Shown: positions 30,706-42,701 of the stretch, piece by piece
Layout of the letters: each line of letters begins with the position of its first letter
Position numbering within the stretch: position 1 is the first letter of the stretch
Assembly: GCA_965195345.1 (NCBI GenBank)
Contig: OZ239628.1
Coordinates: 1,280,001-1,344,000, forward strand
From: an uncultured Thiomicrospira sp.
GTDB taxonomy: Bacteria; Pseudomonadota; Gammaproteobacteria; CAKMZV01
DNA: 64,000 nt
Direction: 5' to 3'
Notes under the pieces: generated by a model
Told to the model about the DNA's origin: nothing
The model's input: only the letters and a program-made list of their open reading frames with translations
Database searches by the model: none
Made by a program: the position numbers and the translations under genes

Positions 30706-30796
30706 CAAAGTCTGCCACGAAAATCCACCAACCATTTAATCAACAATCAGTATCCAAATTGTTATTGCCTTGTTAATTCGTTAGTTGTTGATGAAA

Positions 30797-32764
30797 TCAC
30801 TGCCAACCACTATTGGGGTTTGGCAAAGGTTCTTGCTCATCATCGAACTCTTCGTCCTTTGCTGTGTCCGTCGCTTCAGGCGTATTTTCTGCGTCAATAT
30901 CGTCCTTAGAATCTTCCTCTTCCTGCATATCCCAGCCTGAAGGTGGAGTAATCTCTTCCCCCTCCATGATTTGCTTCACTTGTAATGCTTCAATGGTTTC
31001 ATATTCTAATAACGCTTTACTCATTGTATGGAGCTGATCTTCATGCTTTTTAAGTATAGCTTCGGCTTCAGCATAGCACTCGTCAATTATTTTTCGGATT
31101 TCTAAATCTATTTTATGCAATGTCTCATCCGACGCGTGTGCTTGAGAACCACCACGCCCCATTGTTCTCCCCAAGAAAGGATCATCATCTTCAACGTCAT
31201 AAAGCAATGGACCGAGTGAAGACAAACCCCACTTTGTCACCATACTGCGTGCAATTTGCGTGGCTCGTTGAATGTCATTGGATGCACCAGTTGTAACAAA
31301 ATCAGCACCAAAAACCATTTCTTCAGCAATACGTCCACCAAAAATTGATGTTAATTGACCTAATAAATAGCTCTTTGTATGACTATAGCGATCTTGTTCA
31401 GGCAAATACATAGTAACACCAAGTGCGCGCCCACGTGGAATAATACTTACTTTGTACACAGGGTCATGTTCGGGTAAAAGATAACCTATGATTGCATGGC
31501 CTGCTTCATGATAGGCAGTTAGGTTGCGTTCTTTCTCGCTCATGACCATGCTTTTACGCTCAACCCCCATAATGACTTTATCCTTAGCCAGATCAAACTC
31601 ACGCATACTCACGATCTTACGATTGTATCGAGCAGCGATTAGTGACGCTTCGTTGACCAAATTAGCCAAGTCAGCTCCTGAAAATCCAGGAGTACCACGT
31701 GCAATAAATTCTGGTTTTACATCATCTGCGGTCGGCACTGGACGCATGTGAACTTTAACGATTTGCTCGCGCCCTTTCAAATCAGGCAAAGGTACGACTA
31801 CTTGACGATCAAAGCGACCCGGTCTCAACAATGCAGGGTCAAGCACGTCAGGACGATTGGTTGCTGCAATAACAATTACACCTTCATTTCCTTCAAAACC
31901 GTCCATTTCAACAAGCATTTGATTCAATGTTTGTTCTCGCTCGTCGTTTCCGCCGCCCATTCCAGCCCCTCTATGACGACCAACAGCGTCAATTTCATCA
32001 ATAAAGATGATGCAAGGAGCATGTTCCTTGGCTTGAGCAAACATATTTCGAACTCTTGAGGCTCCGACACCGACAAACATCTCAACGAAATCAGAGCCAG
32101 AAATAGTAAAGAATGGCACAGAGGCTTCACCAGCAATTGATTTTGCAAGCAAAGTTTTACCTGTTCCAGGCTGTCCAACCATCAAAACTCCACGAGGAAT
32201 TTTTCCTCCAAGTTTGCGGTATTTCTCAGGTGATCTAAGGAAATCAACCAATTCGGAGACTTCTTCTTTTGCTTCATCAACACCAGCAACATCACGAAAC
32301 GTGACTTTGACTTCATCAGCCTCCAGCATACGTGCCTTAGACTTGCCAAACGAGAGTGGATTGCCCCGTCCACCTCCCATTCCGCCACCGCCCATCATTG
32401 AACGCATAAAAAACAACCATAGGAAAACCAATAGTAAGATGGGGAACCAAGAAATTAACATTTGCAACCAAAAACTTTCTTCTTTAGGTGGAATTGAACG
32501 TATGCGTACGTTGTAATTGAGCAAGTCACCTATCAACCCACTGTCACCGGGATTGAACGTAATAAAATCCTGTCCTGTTGCTGATTCACCATAGATAGAT
32601 GGTCCATCAATCTCCACGGCACTAATTTGTCCTCCTTTCACTTGTTCAATGAAAGTGGAATATTCAATTGTTTGACGTTTCGAGTTGTTGTCACCTCCAA
32701 ACTGACTAAATAAACTAATCAGTACGAATCCTACAATTACCCAAGTCACTAAATTACGCCACAT
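30797..32764 (-). CDS. ftsH: ATP-dependent zinc metalloprotease FtsH
   Basis: Two TMs, [38 protein letters not shown]. Confidence 0.98.
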   Translation of the reverse strand: MWRNLVTWVIVGFVLISLFSQFGGDNNSKRQTIEYSTFIEQVKGGQISAVEIDGPSIYGESATGQDFITFNPGDSGLIGDLLNYNVRIRSIPPKEESFWLQMLISWFPILLLVFLWLFFMRSMMGGGGMGGGRGNPLSFGKSKARMLEADEVKVTFRDVAGVDEAKEEVSELVDFLRSPEKYRKLGGKIPRGVLMVGQPGTGKTLLAKSIAGEASVPFFTISGSDFVEMFVGVGASRVRNMFAQAKEHAPCIIFIDEIDAVGRHRGAGMGGGNDEREQTLNQMLVEMDGFEGNEGVIVIAATNRPDVLDPALLRPGRFDRQVVVPLPDLKGREQIVKVHMRPVPTADDVKPEFIARGTPGFSGADLANLVNEASLIAARYNRKIVSMREFDLAKDKVIMGVERKSMVMSEKERNLTAYHEAGHAIIGYLLPEHDPVYKVSIIPRGRALGVTMYLPEQDRYSHTKSYLLGQLTSIFGGRIAEEMVFGADFVTTGASNDIQRATQIARSMVTKWGLSSLGPLLYDVEDDDPFLGRTMGRGGSQAHASDETLHKIDLEIRKIIDECYAEAEAILKKHEDQLHTMSKALLEYETIEALQVKQIMEGEEITPPSGWDMQEEEDSKDDIDAENTPEATDTAKDEEFDDEQEPLPNPNSGWQ

Positions 32765-33039
32765 GTTTATCTCCGTTTTTTTGTTTACGCACTTAGTTCA
32801 ATGCGTAGTGAAATAAAAAATCATTCCACAAAACTATTTTTTTCAATTATCCCCTATACATTCCGCCATCAAATATGGAACAAAGCACGTTGATGATTCA
32901 ACATAATTAATTTGATCATGCTGTATTATATCTGCTGAACTCTTATGATTTTCCACAATACAAAACAATCTATATGGTCGATTAAAAAGTTTACAATAGT
33001 AATACGACATAAAAACTCTAATCACAAGTCCGCAATAAA

Positions 33040-35006
33040 TTGATTTCCATAAAAGCATCAGCAACTTTAGCATTATTATTTGTACTTCAAGCGTGCAATC
33101 CTTTAAATACTCCATACCCTGATGATTCTGAAACGAGCAACACGCTTTACTCTTCGTTTCAAATACGCCCAAAACACCTTGACCCAGCACGTTCCTACAG
33201 TAGTGATGAATACGTTTTCATAGGGCAGATATACGAGCCTCCCCTGCAATATGACTATCTGAAAAGACCTTATCAGCTTATTCCTCTAACTGCTGAACGT
33301 GTCCCCGTATCCTATTTGCAGGACATTGATGGCAAAATGCGATCAGTATACGATATCGAAATTCAACCGGGCATTTACTATGCACCGCACCCTGCATTTG
33401 AAGGGAAAAGAGAATTAACAGCTTCTGATTATATTTACCAAATAAAACGTATTGCTGACCCCAAGAATCAATCACCTATTCGATCACTTATGGCTGCACA
33501 TATCTATGGTTTTCAAGATTTTTCAAAACAAGCGAAAGATGCAAACGATCTCTTAAGCATCGAAATGAAAGGCATTCAAATGCTTTCACGCTATAAATAT
33601 CGAATTATTCTTAATGCGCCATATCCCCAATTTATTTATTGGCTCGCATTGCCTTTCTTCTCACCGATGCCTCCTGAAATAATCGCCTGGCATGCTTCTC
33701 CTGAAAGAGGCACGAATCATCATGCATCGATTGGTACCCCATTGGAACTGGAGCTTACCAATTAACAACCAATAATCCGAATAGAGAAATGGTTCTTGAG
33801 CGTAACCCCAACTATCGCAAAGTGTATTACCCAAATACGAAAGAGCAAATGCCATTTATTGACCGTGTTGTTTTTAAATTAGAGAAAGAAAGCATTCCCT
33901 ATTGGCAAAAGTTTTTACAAGGCTATTATGATGCTTCAGGCGTTGGTTCTGACCAGTTTGATCAAGCTTTACGAATTACAAGCGATGGCGATTTTGAACT
34001 AAGCGAGAAATTTAACAAATTAGGCATCAGTTTGAACAAAAACATTGAACCAAGTATATTTTATTTTGGTTTCAATATGCTTGATGAGACAATAGGAGGA
34101 TACACTCCTGCTAAAAAAGCATTGCGACAAGCCATTGCTATCGCAGTCGATTATGAAGAAATGATTAGTATTTTTGCTAATGGTCGAGGAAAAATAGCGC
34201 ACGCCCCCCTCCCCCCCGGTATTTTTGGACAACGCGAAGGAGAAAGTGGGATTAATCCAATAACCCATCAATGGAAAGACGATAAAGCACAGCGTCATAA
34301 TATTGAGAAAGCTAAAAAACTACTTGTAGAAGCAGGGTACCCCAATGGCATAGATCCTAAAACAGGTAAACAATTAATTTTGCATTTGGATGTATCGGCA
34401 TCTGGCCCAGACAGTCGCCCTCGCCTTAATTGGATGCACAAACAATTCGCCAAGTTAAACATCGAAATGGTAGTACGGTCTACCGATTACAATCGGTTCC
34501 GCGAAAAAATCACTAAAGGAAATGCTCAAATGTTTGAATGGGGTTGGAATGCAGATTATCCTGATCCTGAGAATTTTTTATTCCTGTTATTTGGACCTAA
34601 TAGCAAAGTTTCTTTTGAAGGTGAAAACGCCACTAATTATAATAATGAACAGTTTAATCGTTTATTCAAAAGAATGACCAATCTTCCCAACAATGCTGAA
34701 CGGCAAGAAGTGATTGACCGCATGGTTAATATTTTAAGAGAAGATTCACCATGGCTATGGGGTTGGCATCCTCTTCGAGTTAGCATCTATCATCAGTGGC
34801 TCAGTAACATGCAACCCAATCCTATGGTACACAATAACTTGCAATACCGAAAATTAGACCCTTATTTACGTGTGGAAAAAAGAAACGAATGGAATAATCC
34901 TCGATGGTTTCCGTTATGGTTCTTGCTGCTCGGTTTAACAGGCTCAATATACTATGCATATTTGCGGTATAAAAAACGTCAATTAAGAAAAATTAACGTA
35001 CAGTAA
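33040..35006 (+). CDS. peptide ABC transporter substrate-binding lipoprotein, split by an apparent frameshift near 33700-33725
   Basis: LQAC lipobox, HLDPARSY in ORF 33040..33765; frame of ORF 33789..35006 extends upstream as IDWYPIGTGAYQL..; WNADYPDPENFL; C-terminal TM. Confidence 0.8.
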
Positions 35007-35060
35007 TAATTACACACATAAATATTAAATTTTTAGAATCCTTAACTATTGGAGAATAAT

Positions 35061-35891
35061 ATGAAATCGTATAACACTACAAAATCACACGCAGGCTTTT
35101 CCCATTACTGGAAATCCATTTTTGCGTTTTTACTGCTATTTGCGTCCACTTCACTCTTTGCACAATTGCAAAGCGAGGAGGTAAGCTATACAGACGGCGA
35201 AACAGAAATGATTGGCTATCTTGTTTGGGACGACAAATTCAAAGGGAAACGCCCAGGAATAATTGTCGTACATGAATGGTGGGGACTAAATAGTTATCCG
35301 CGTGAACGTGCTGAGCAGTTGGCAAAGTTGGGATATACGGCCTTAGCAATGGATATTTATGGAGAAGGAAAAGTAGCGGACCACCCCAAAGAAGCGAAAA
35401 AATTTGCGACGATGGTGGCTAAAAACTTGCCTAATGCCAAAGCACGTTTCGAAGCGGCAATGAAAGTACTGTCTGAACACCCTACTGTCGGCAACGATAA
35501 ACTTTCGGCAATAGGATATTGTTTTGGAGGCGGCATTGTATTGAATATGGCACGCATGGGATTGCCACTCAAAGGCGTAGCAAGTTTTCATGGTTCTCTA
35601 GCTGCAGCTACCAAGATTAAAGGCAAGGTTGACACTAAAATAGCCGTTTTTAATGGAAAAGATGATCCCTATATATCGGGTCAACAAGTTGAAAGGTTTC
35701 GCGATGAAATGAATTCAAATGATGTTGATTTTGAACTACATAATTACAAAAGAACCGTTCATTCTTTTACTAATCCTGCTGCAGATCAGGTGGCAGAGAA
35801 GTTTAATTTGACTGGCATTGGCTACAATGAAAAATCGGATAAAGACTCTTGGAAAAGAATGCAATTTTTTCTCAAAGAACTTTATAAATAA
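35061..35891 (+). CDS. dienelactone hydrolase family protein (secreted)
   Basis: HEWWGLN, GYCFGG nucleophile motif, HSFTNP; signal peptide; GGAG upstream of ATG 35061. Confidence 0.9.
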   Translation: MKSYNTTKSHAGFSHYWKSIFAFLLLFASTSLFAQLQSEEVSYTDGETEMIGYLVWDDKFKGKRPGIIVVHEWWGLNSYPRERAEQLAKLGYTALAMDIYGEGKVADHPKEAKKFATMVAKNLPNAKARFEAAMKVLSEHPTVGNDKLSAIGYCFGGGIVLNMARMGLPLKGVASFHGSLAAATKIKGKVDTKIAVFNGKDDPYISGQQVERFRDEMNSNDVDFELHNYKRTVHSFTNPAADQVAEKFNLTGIGYNEKSDKDSWKRMQFFLKELYK

Positions 35892-35914
35892 TTTTTCTTA
35901 ACGTTCGTTAGCAA

Positions 35915-36892
35915 ATGTTAAGTTATTTGGTCCGTAGATTGTTGTATGCTATACCCATACTGATTGGAATCAATATACTTACTTTTTTGCTGTTTTTTGT
36001 CGTCAATTCACCTGATGATATGGCGCGTCTGCATTTAGGTGATCGTCATCTAAACACTGAAAGCATCAGCGAATGGAAACAAGCAAATGGATATGACAAA
36101 CCACTCTTTATCAATGATCAGAAAGATGGATTGGAACAATTAACCGATACCATTTTTTTTGACAAAAGCATTAAACTTTTTGTTTTTGAGTTTGGAAAAT
36201 CGGATGGAGGGCGTTCCATATCAGCGGATATAAAAGAGCGCATGTTCCCCTCATTAGCACTTGCTTTGCCAACTTTTGTCATTGGTCTGCTAACGAACAT
36301 ATCACTTGCGTTATTGGTGCTTTTATTTCGGTTTAGTACGCTTGAAACAATTGTATTGTCAAGTGCCGTTGTCATGATGTCTATTTCTGGGCTTTTCTAC
36401 ATCATAGGCGGACAATATCTGATCAGCGAGTTGTGGCATTGGTTACCTGTTTCAGGCTACGTTTCAGGCGAATATTTATGGCGTTTTGTACTGTTGCCAG
36501 TATTTATAGGTGTGGTTGCTGGTATAGGTATTGGCATCCGTTGGTATCGTATACTTTTTCTTGAAGAAATTGGCAAAGACTATGCACGAACTGCACGGGC
36601 GCTTGGCCTATCCGAAATTCAAATGCTTTTCAAACATATTTTACCAAATGCCATGATCCCAATTCTTACAGGCGTTGTTACAGTAATACCGACCCTATTC
36701 ATGGGCAGCTTGATTATGGAAGCATTTTTTGCCATACCTGGATTGGGGAGCTATACTGTTGATGCCATAGCTTCACAAGATTTTGCTATAGTCCGCAGTA
36801 TGGTATACCTCGGAGCTGTGCTGTACATAGTAGGACTAATCTTGACTGATTTGGCCTATGCATGGGTTGATCCGCGCATACGGTTAAATTAA
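35915..36892 (+). CDS. peptide ABC transporter permease (DppB/OppB family)
   Basis: YLVRRLL, DYARTARALGL, HILPNA, FAIPGLG, VDPRIR. Confidence 0.9.
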   Translation: MLSYLVRRLLYAIPILIGINILTFLLFFVVNSPDDMARLHLGDRHLNTESISEWKQANGYDKPLFINDQKDGLEQLTDTIFFDKSIKLFVFEFGKSDGGRSISADIKERMFPSLALALPTFVIGLLTNISLALLVLLFRFSTLETIVLSSAVVMMSISGLFYIIGGQYLISELWHWLPVSGYVSGEYLWRFVLLPVFIGVVAGIGIGIRWYRILFLEEIGKDYARTARALGLSEIQMLFKHILPNAMIPILTGVVTVIPTLFMGSLIMEAFFAIPGLGSYTVDAIASQDFAIVRSMVYLGAVLYIVGLILTDLAYAWVDPRIRLN

Positions 36893-36894
36893 TA

Positions 36895-38193
36895 ATGCCC
36901 AGTCTTCTTTTATCTGACGTACTCTGGTTTTTGCTGATTGCATTATTAGCTTGGAGTATTCGACGCATTTATAAAGATAAATGGTTGCGTAGTAATTGGA
37001 TAAATATCATCGACCATCCTGTTGGTATCATTTGCGCAATAACGATCATATTTTTCACGGCGATAACAACATTGGATTCAATGCGTTTTTCAACAGAAAA
37101 AGAATCTCATATTACTGTATTAGATACCATTCTGAGCGTCTCCAGAAAACAGGTTGAACGGACTTACTCAAAACCTTTTTCCAGCCATTCAATATATAAA
37201 GAAAGTCGACAAATTGGTGATAAAACAGTGCGCGTCTACAAACCACTTAAGTACGTGGAGCAATTAGACAACCACTTTCAAAACATTGCCAAACTGAGTC
37301 TTTATGCCTTTGTTCTGGGTGTTTCAATTAGTGCTTTGCTGTTGCTTCTTTTGACACGAATATCTGCAATCAAAAAACTGCGGTTTAAAAAGACTTTATA
37401 CCTTTCAATTACCAGTGCCATTTTCATAGTAACTTGGGCATTGATATTGTCGAAACATTACCATCTGCTTGGAACGGATAAAGTGGGTCAGGATGTTTTT
37501 TTTGAAGTGGTTAAAGGTACACGAACCGCTGTACTTATAGGCACGCTTACAACGCTCATCATGCTGCCTTTTGCCATTACGCTCGGCATAATGGCGGGTT
37601 ATTTCCGAGGGATAGTAGACGACATTATTCAATATTTATACACCACGTTGAACTCAATCCCTGGCATACTCTTAATTGCTTCCATGATTCTATTGGCACA
37701 AGCGTTTATTCAAAATAATGCCGATTTGTTTGATAGCGAAATTGCACGCGTAGATTTTCGTTTTATGATGCTTTGTGCAATACTCGGACTTACTTCTTGG
37801 ACGGGTATGTGTCGACTTTTACGTGCAGAAACTCTGAAAATACGAACCTTAGACTATATTAATGCTGCTCGTTCGTTCGGTGTACCTTCAGGCAGCATTC
37901 TTAGACAGCATATACTACCTAACGTTGGACATATAATCCTTATCACCATCGTCCTTGATTTTAGTGGGCTTGTATTGGCAGAAGCTGTGCTCTCCTATAT
38001 AGGTATCGGTGTTGAACCAAGTATGCCAAGCTGGGGGAATATGATAAATCACTCTCGCTTTGAGTTATCACGGATACCCGTTGTATGGTGGCCCTTGGCT
38101 TCCGTATTTTTCTTTATGCTGGTATTAGTTTTGGCAGTAAATTTACTTGCCGATAGAATTAGAGATGCCTTTGACCCAAGAAAAACTTTATGA
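36895..38193 (+). CDS. peptide ABC transporter permease (DppC/OppC family)
   Basis: HLLGTDKVGQD, DYINAARSFG, HILPN, AEAVLSYIGIG, RDAFDPR. Confidence 0.9.
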   Translation: MPSLLLSDVLWFLLIALLAWSIRRIYKDKWLRSNWINIIDHPVGIICAITIIFFTAITTLDSMRFSTEKESHITVLDTILSVSRKQVERTYSKPFSSHSIYKESRQIGDKTVRVYKPLKYVEQLDNHFQNIAKLSLYAFVLGVSISALLLLLLTRISAIKKLRFKKTLYLSITSAIFIVTWALILSKHYHLLGTDKVGQDVFFEVVKGTRTAVLIGTLTTLIMLPFAITLGIMAGYFRGIVDDIIQYLYTTLNSIPGILLIASMILLAQAFIQNNADLFDSEIARVDFRFMMLCAILGLTSWTGMCRLLRAETLKIRTLDYINAARSFGVPSGSILRQHILPNVGHIILITIVLDFSGLVLAEAVLSYIGIGVEPSMPSWGNMINHSRFELSRIPVVWWPLASVFFFMLVLVLAVNLLADRIRDAFDPRKTL

Positions 38194-39785
38194 ATGATAT
38201 ACCTATTTTAAATATCTCTAATTTGCAGTTGCATTTCAACGCTAATCAACCAATTATTAAAGGGATTAACCTAACCATAAAGAAAGGCGAAGTTTATGCT
38301 CTAGTGGGTGAATCTGGTAGTGGCAAATCACTAACAGCCCTTTCAGTCATGCGGTTACTACCCGACAATGCTAACTTAACAGGTGAAATACGCTTTGCCG
38401 AATCAGATTTATTTACGCTGACCGAAAAACAAATGCAATCGATTCGGGGGGCTCGCATAGGAATGATTTTTCAAGAGCCTCAATCTGCCCTTAACCCAGT
38501 GCGTACAATAGGCGAGCATATTATTGAAGTATTGCAGCTCCATCTTAACCTTTCAGGAAAAAAGGCACGCATACGTGCGATTGAACTATTAGCTGAAGTG
38601 ACGTTACCAGATCCTGAATTGCGTATAGATTGGTATCCTCATCAATTATCCGGTGGACAGAAACAACGCGCAATGATTGCTTGTGCACTGGCTGCCAAAC
38701 CTGATTTATTGATAGCTGACGAACCAACCACTGCGCTTGATGTAACCATACAAGCACAAATTCTTGAGTTGCTTTTGCAACTGAAAAAAACTCGACAGCT
38801 GAGTATTTTACTGATTACACACGATATGGGTGTAGTAGCAAAAATAGCAGATCGTGTGGGTGTAATGCGCCATGGAGAACTGCTTGAAGAGGGAGAGACT
38901 CAAGCGTTTTTTAAAAACCCTCAAACTCAATACAGTAAGCACCTTATTCATTTACTTCCCTCTGCCAAAGAATTTCGCGAACAAGTTCAACCGAAGGTGC
39001 TGCTTGACGTTCAACAGTTAAATGTCTATTTCCCAATTCAGAAAGGGCTTTTAAAAAGAACTGTTGGTCATATTAAAGCCGTTGACGGTGTTGACTTCCA
39101 AATATACCACGGAGAAACTTTAGCGGTTGTAGGGGAGTCAGGCAGTGGCAAAAGCACTCTTGGACGCGCCATTATTAATCTACAGCCCATCACGAATGGT
39201 AATATTTTTTTTGAAGGTGCTGACATACATCGAACAGATAAAAAAGCCTTACATCTACTGCGCAAAAAGATACAAATCATTTTCCAAGATCCTTTTTCTT
39301 CAATGAACCCACGTATGCGTATAGGGGAAATAATCAGTGAAGGCATACGCGCGCTTGGATTGGTGGATAAAAAAGAAGAAGCATTAGAAATTTCAAAATC
39401 TATGCTTATAAAAATCGGACTTGAAGCCGAGCATTTAGACCGCTTCCCTCACGAATTCTCTGGAGGGCAACGACAGCGTATTGCCATTGCACGTGCGCTT
39501 GCCGTAGAACCTGAGTTGATTATTTGTGATGAACCAACTAGTGCCCTTGACGTTTCAGTTCGTTCGCAAATTTTAACCTTGCTCGATGAATTACAACGTG
39601 AGAAACAACTCACCTACTTATTCATAACCCACGATCTATCCTTGATTGCACGCATTGCTCACCGAGTTGCCGTTATGAAAGATGGTAAGATAATCGAATC
39701 TGGGGTTACTAAAAAAATATTTGAATCACCTGAGAATGAATACACGAGAGCATTAATTGCAGCAACACCAATAATCCCAAAATGA
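38190..39785 (+). CDS. peptide ABC transporter ATP-binding protein (two fused ABC domains)
   Basis: Two GESGSGKS Walker A motifs, LSGGQKQR and FSGGQRQR, DEPT. Confidence 0.93.
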   Translation: MNDIPILNISNLQLHFNANQPIIKGINLTIKKGEVYALVGESGSGKSLTALSVMRLLPDNANLTGEIRFAESDLFTLTEKQMQSIRGARIGMIFQEPQSALNPVRTIGEHIIEVLQLHLNLSGKKARIRAIELLAEVTLPDPELRIDWYPHQLSGGQKQRAMIACALAAKPDLLIADEPTTALDVTIQAQILELLLQLKKTRQLSILLITHDMGVVAKIADRVGVMRHGELLEEGETQAFFKNPQTQYSKHLIHLLPSAKEFREQVQPKVLLDVQQLNVYFPIQKGLLKRTVGHIKAVDGVDFQIYHGETLAVVGESGSGKSTLGRAIINLQPITNGNIFFEGADIHRTDKKALHLLRKKIQIIFQDPFSSMNPRMRIGEIISEGIRALGLVDKKEEALEISKSMLIKIGLEAEHLDRFPHEFSGGQRQRIAIARALAVEPELIICDEPTSALDVSVRSQILTLLDELQREKQLTYLFITHDLSLIARIAHRVAVMKDGKIIESGVTKKIFESPENEYTRALIAATPIIPK

Positions 39786-39896
39786 TAACAAGAATATAAC
39801 TTATAATTTGCGCCTTATTTTACGGCTCAAGATAATTCTATTACGAATTTCTATTATAATGAGGCGCTCAATTCTCAAAATATACTACTAAAAAAA

Positions 39897-40610
39897 ATGA
39901 ACATGAATAGAACAACTTATAAATTACTTACTGGCGTTGGAGCATTTGCTCTTTTATTTTCTCAAACTGTCTTCGCTGATGAAACAAAATTAGAATCAAG
40001 CTTAGATCGTCAGTCTTATGCTATAGGAATAAATATTGGGTTTTCAATTAAAGCCCAGGATCTTGTAATTGACTTAGATAAGTTCATTGCAGGAGTGAAG
40101 GCTGGATTGAGTGAAAATGAAAATTTGCTAACTCCTGAAGAAATGCAAACTATTTTCGAAGAAATTGAACAAAAAATTCAAAGCAAGAATCTTGAAAAGC
40201 AAGCTGCATCTGCCACGGAGAATCTCAAAAAAGGCATTCAATATTTGGCAGATAATAAGAAAAAAGAAGGCGTAAAAGTAACCAAGTCAGGACTTCAATA
40301 CAAAGTTATTAAGGAAGGAACTGGTGTGAAACCGAAGGCAACGGACACAGTCACTGTCCACTATGCTGGACGTTTTATTAACGGTGAAGAATTTGATTCA
40401 TCTTACGCACGACAGCAAGCAGCAACTTTTACCCTTAATCAAGTAATTAAAGGCTGGTCTGAAGCACTTCAGTTAATGACTCCTGGTTCAAAATATTTGG
40501 TAACTATTCCAGCTGAAATCGCTTATGGAGAAAATGCGCCTCCTGCTATAGGTCCAAACCAAGTATTAGTTTTTGATATTGAGCTTATTGAAGTCAAAAA
40601 AACTCAATAA
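39897..40610 (+). CDS. FKBP-type peptidyl-prolyl isomerase (FkpA/Mip family)
   Basis: Signal peptide, SYAIG, SGLQYKV, VHYAG, FDSSY, VIKGW. Confidence 0.92.
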   Translation: MNMNRTTYKLLTGVGAFALLFSQTVFADETKLESSLDRQSYAIGINIGFSIKAQDLVIDLDKFIAGVKAGLSENENLLTPEEMQTIFEEIEQKIQSKNLEKQAASATENLKKGIQYLADNKKKEGVKVTKSGLQYKVIKEGTGVKPKATDTVTVHYAGRFINGEEFDSSYARQQAATFTLNQVIKGWSEALQLMTPGSKYLVTIPAEIAYGENAPPAIGPNQVLVFDIELIEVKKTQ

Positions 40611-40619
40611 ATATTTTTT

Positions 40620-41444
40620 TCAATCGCGCTCAATATTCATAGAATCAATAATTCCCACTCCTAAATCGGTTGTCGCGAAAGGGCCACCGTGGCATGTTGC
40701 AGCAAGATCGGTTAGATCGCCATAGTCTTCTTTTGCCAGCATTTCATCGGCGTATATTTCTGCGTTATCATTAGGACGATACCCCAGAAAGGAAGCATCT
40801 GAGTTATCAACATTGACGCGATCGTTATTCGACACCCCATAAACAATACTAAACCCTGTGACCTGCGCCTGTACTGCGCGGGTTACCAACTGTATTAAGT
40901 CGTCATACGAGAGCCACGTACTCAATGAGCGTACATTGTTCACTTTTGCACAAGAGTAAATTCGCAAGTGCACCGATTCTAAATTATTTTTATCGAAATA
41001 CATACGCCCCAAATCTTCGCTAAAACACTTAGCCAAGCCATAAAAAGTATCAGGACGGTGTGCCATAGTGGCGTTAAGCAGTTGCGTTCTTGGATACATT
41101 CCTACAGCATGAATAGAGCTGGCATATATCACACGGCGTGCTCCAGTACGATAGGCTGCTTCCCATACATTATAAGAACCTATGAAATTTGGACCAAGCA
41201 ACTTATCAAACGATCCTTCGTCAACAATAGCACCAAAATGAACAACCATATCCGCCCCTTCGATAACGTCCATCATTTGATCAAAGTTTGCTAAATCAGC
41301 ACGTTTGTAGATTTCACCGTCTAATAAGTCCCCTATGTCTTCAACAATATCCGTGGATACCAAACAATCAGCCATTTTGGATAAAGGTTTACGCAAATAA
41401 GTAGCCAAACGACCATTTGCTCCCGTCAGTACAATTTTATTCAT
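40620..41444 (-). CDS. NAD-dependent epimerase/dehydratase, uronate dehydrogenase-like
   Basis: TGANG.LA, YASSIHAVG, RPDTFYGLAKCF, LSTWLSYDD, YGVSNN. Confidence 0.75.
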   Translation of the reverse strand: MNKIVLTGANGRLATYLRKPLSKMADCLVSTDIVEDIGDLLDGEIYKRADLANFDQMMDVIEGADMVVHFGAIVDEGSFDKLLGPNFIGSYNVWEAAYRTGARRVIYASSIHAVGMYPRTQLLNATMAHRPDTFYGLAKCFSEDLGRMYFDKNNLESVHLRIYSCAKVNNVRSLSTWLSYDDLIQLVTRAVQAQVTGFSIVYGVSNNDRVNVDNSDASFLGYRPNDNAEIYADEMLAKEDYGDLTDLAATCHGGPFATTDLGVGIIDSMNIERD

Positions 41445-41764
41445 AATTTTAATTTACCCCGATTTTTTACAATTAACGATCAGTTTATTGAAACGATCCA
41501 TCCATTCTTTGCTCTTATATTTTAAAGTAGCCTAAGTACCACTCAACTCACTTTCACATTTTAAAGGATTCAATGCGTGGTGAACACAAGAATGTACTAA
41601 AGTGCACGCTACTATAAACGAGTAAGTTCAAATCAAGCAAAGCAGCATGTGTATCCTTAGTGATTTTCTTTCTTAGTGCATTGAAAAGTGCTAAACTATA
41701 CTTTTAAAATTCGCTACCAATACAATTTCGCTACTTTGTAACTTTGAATTGTCGATCCATTATT

Positions 41765-42610
41765 ATGCATATCCCTCAAGGTGCCATTCTCATTACAGGC
41801 TGCTCCAGCGGCATTGGGCTTTATTGCGCCCAAGCTCTTAAAAAATCAGGGTTTCAGGTATTGGCAAGCGCACGAAAAGAAACGGATGTTGAACTTTTAA
41901 AAGAACAAGGATTGAACGCATGTGTACTAGACGTTGATGATCCTCAAAGTATCGAATCAGGCTTGCAATGGGCAATTGAACAAAGCGACGGCAATTTATA
42001 CGCCCTTTTTAATAATGCTGGATTCGGGATTGTTAGCGCTGTTGAGGATTTGAGTCACGATGCTATGCTCGCGCAATTCTCTACTAACGTAATTGGCACA
42101 CAGACCTTAACCAACCAGTTTATTAACCATTTACGTCGCAATGGTAGCCCACCAGCACGTATTATTTATAATTCGTCGGTATTAGGATATGTTTCTATTC
42201 CTTTTCGTGGTGCTTACAATGCAAGTAAATACGCATTAGAAGGCTTTGCAGATAGTCTACGCTTAGAATTGGCACGCGATCCAATTGAGATCGTTTTGAT
42301 TGAACCCGGTCCTATTACCAGCAAATTTCGCCTTAACGCTATTGCTTCTTTTAATCGTTGGATTGATCCCGATAAAAGCCACTTCAAAGGCTATTACGCC
42401 AAACAAGCGGCAATATATAGTGATGTCAATAATTTACCTAAAATCCCTTTTACTCTTGAACCCGATGCCGTATATCGTGCTTTGTTACATGCGCTCACTA
42501 ACCGACATCCTAAGGCGCGCTATCGCATTACTTTCCCAAGCAAGCTGTTTTATTTATGCAAACGTCTATTACCAACGCGCTGGCTTGATGCCGTCTTATT
42601 AAAGATTTAA
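41765..42610 (+). CDS. short-chain dehydrogenase/reductase (YbbO-like)
   Basis: ITGCSSGIG, LFNNAG, YNASK. Confidence 0.85.
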   Translation: MHIPQGAILITGCSSGIGLYCAQALKKSGFQVLASARKETDVELLKEQGLNACVLDVDDPQSIESGLQWAIEQSDGNLYALFNNAGFGIVSAVEDLSHDAMLAQFSTNVIGTQTLTNQFINHLRRNGSPPARIIYNSSVLGYVSIPFRGAYNASKYALEGFADSLRLELARDPIEIVLIEPGPITSKFRLNAIASFNRWIDPDKSHFKGYYAKQAAIYSDVNNLPKIPFTLEPDAVYRALLHALTNRHPKARYRITFPSKLFYLCKRLLPTRWLDAVLLKI

Positions 42611-42701
42611 AAAACAGATTAAATCTTTAGAAGATGGCAGATCTTCCATTCAAAAAAATTCACCAAGAATCCGAATATATCAGTATTCAATTTAGCAAAA
42701 A

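Noticed and set aside
34204-34217. C-rich run as a phase-variation tract
   Set aside because: Interrupted (C6-T-C7), in frame, encodes APLPPG, and is far from the observed frameshift.
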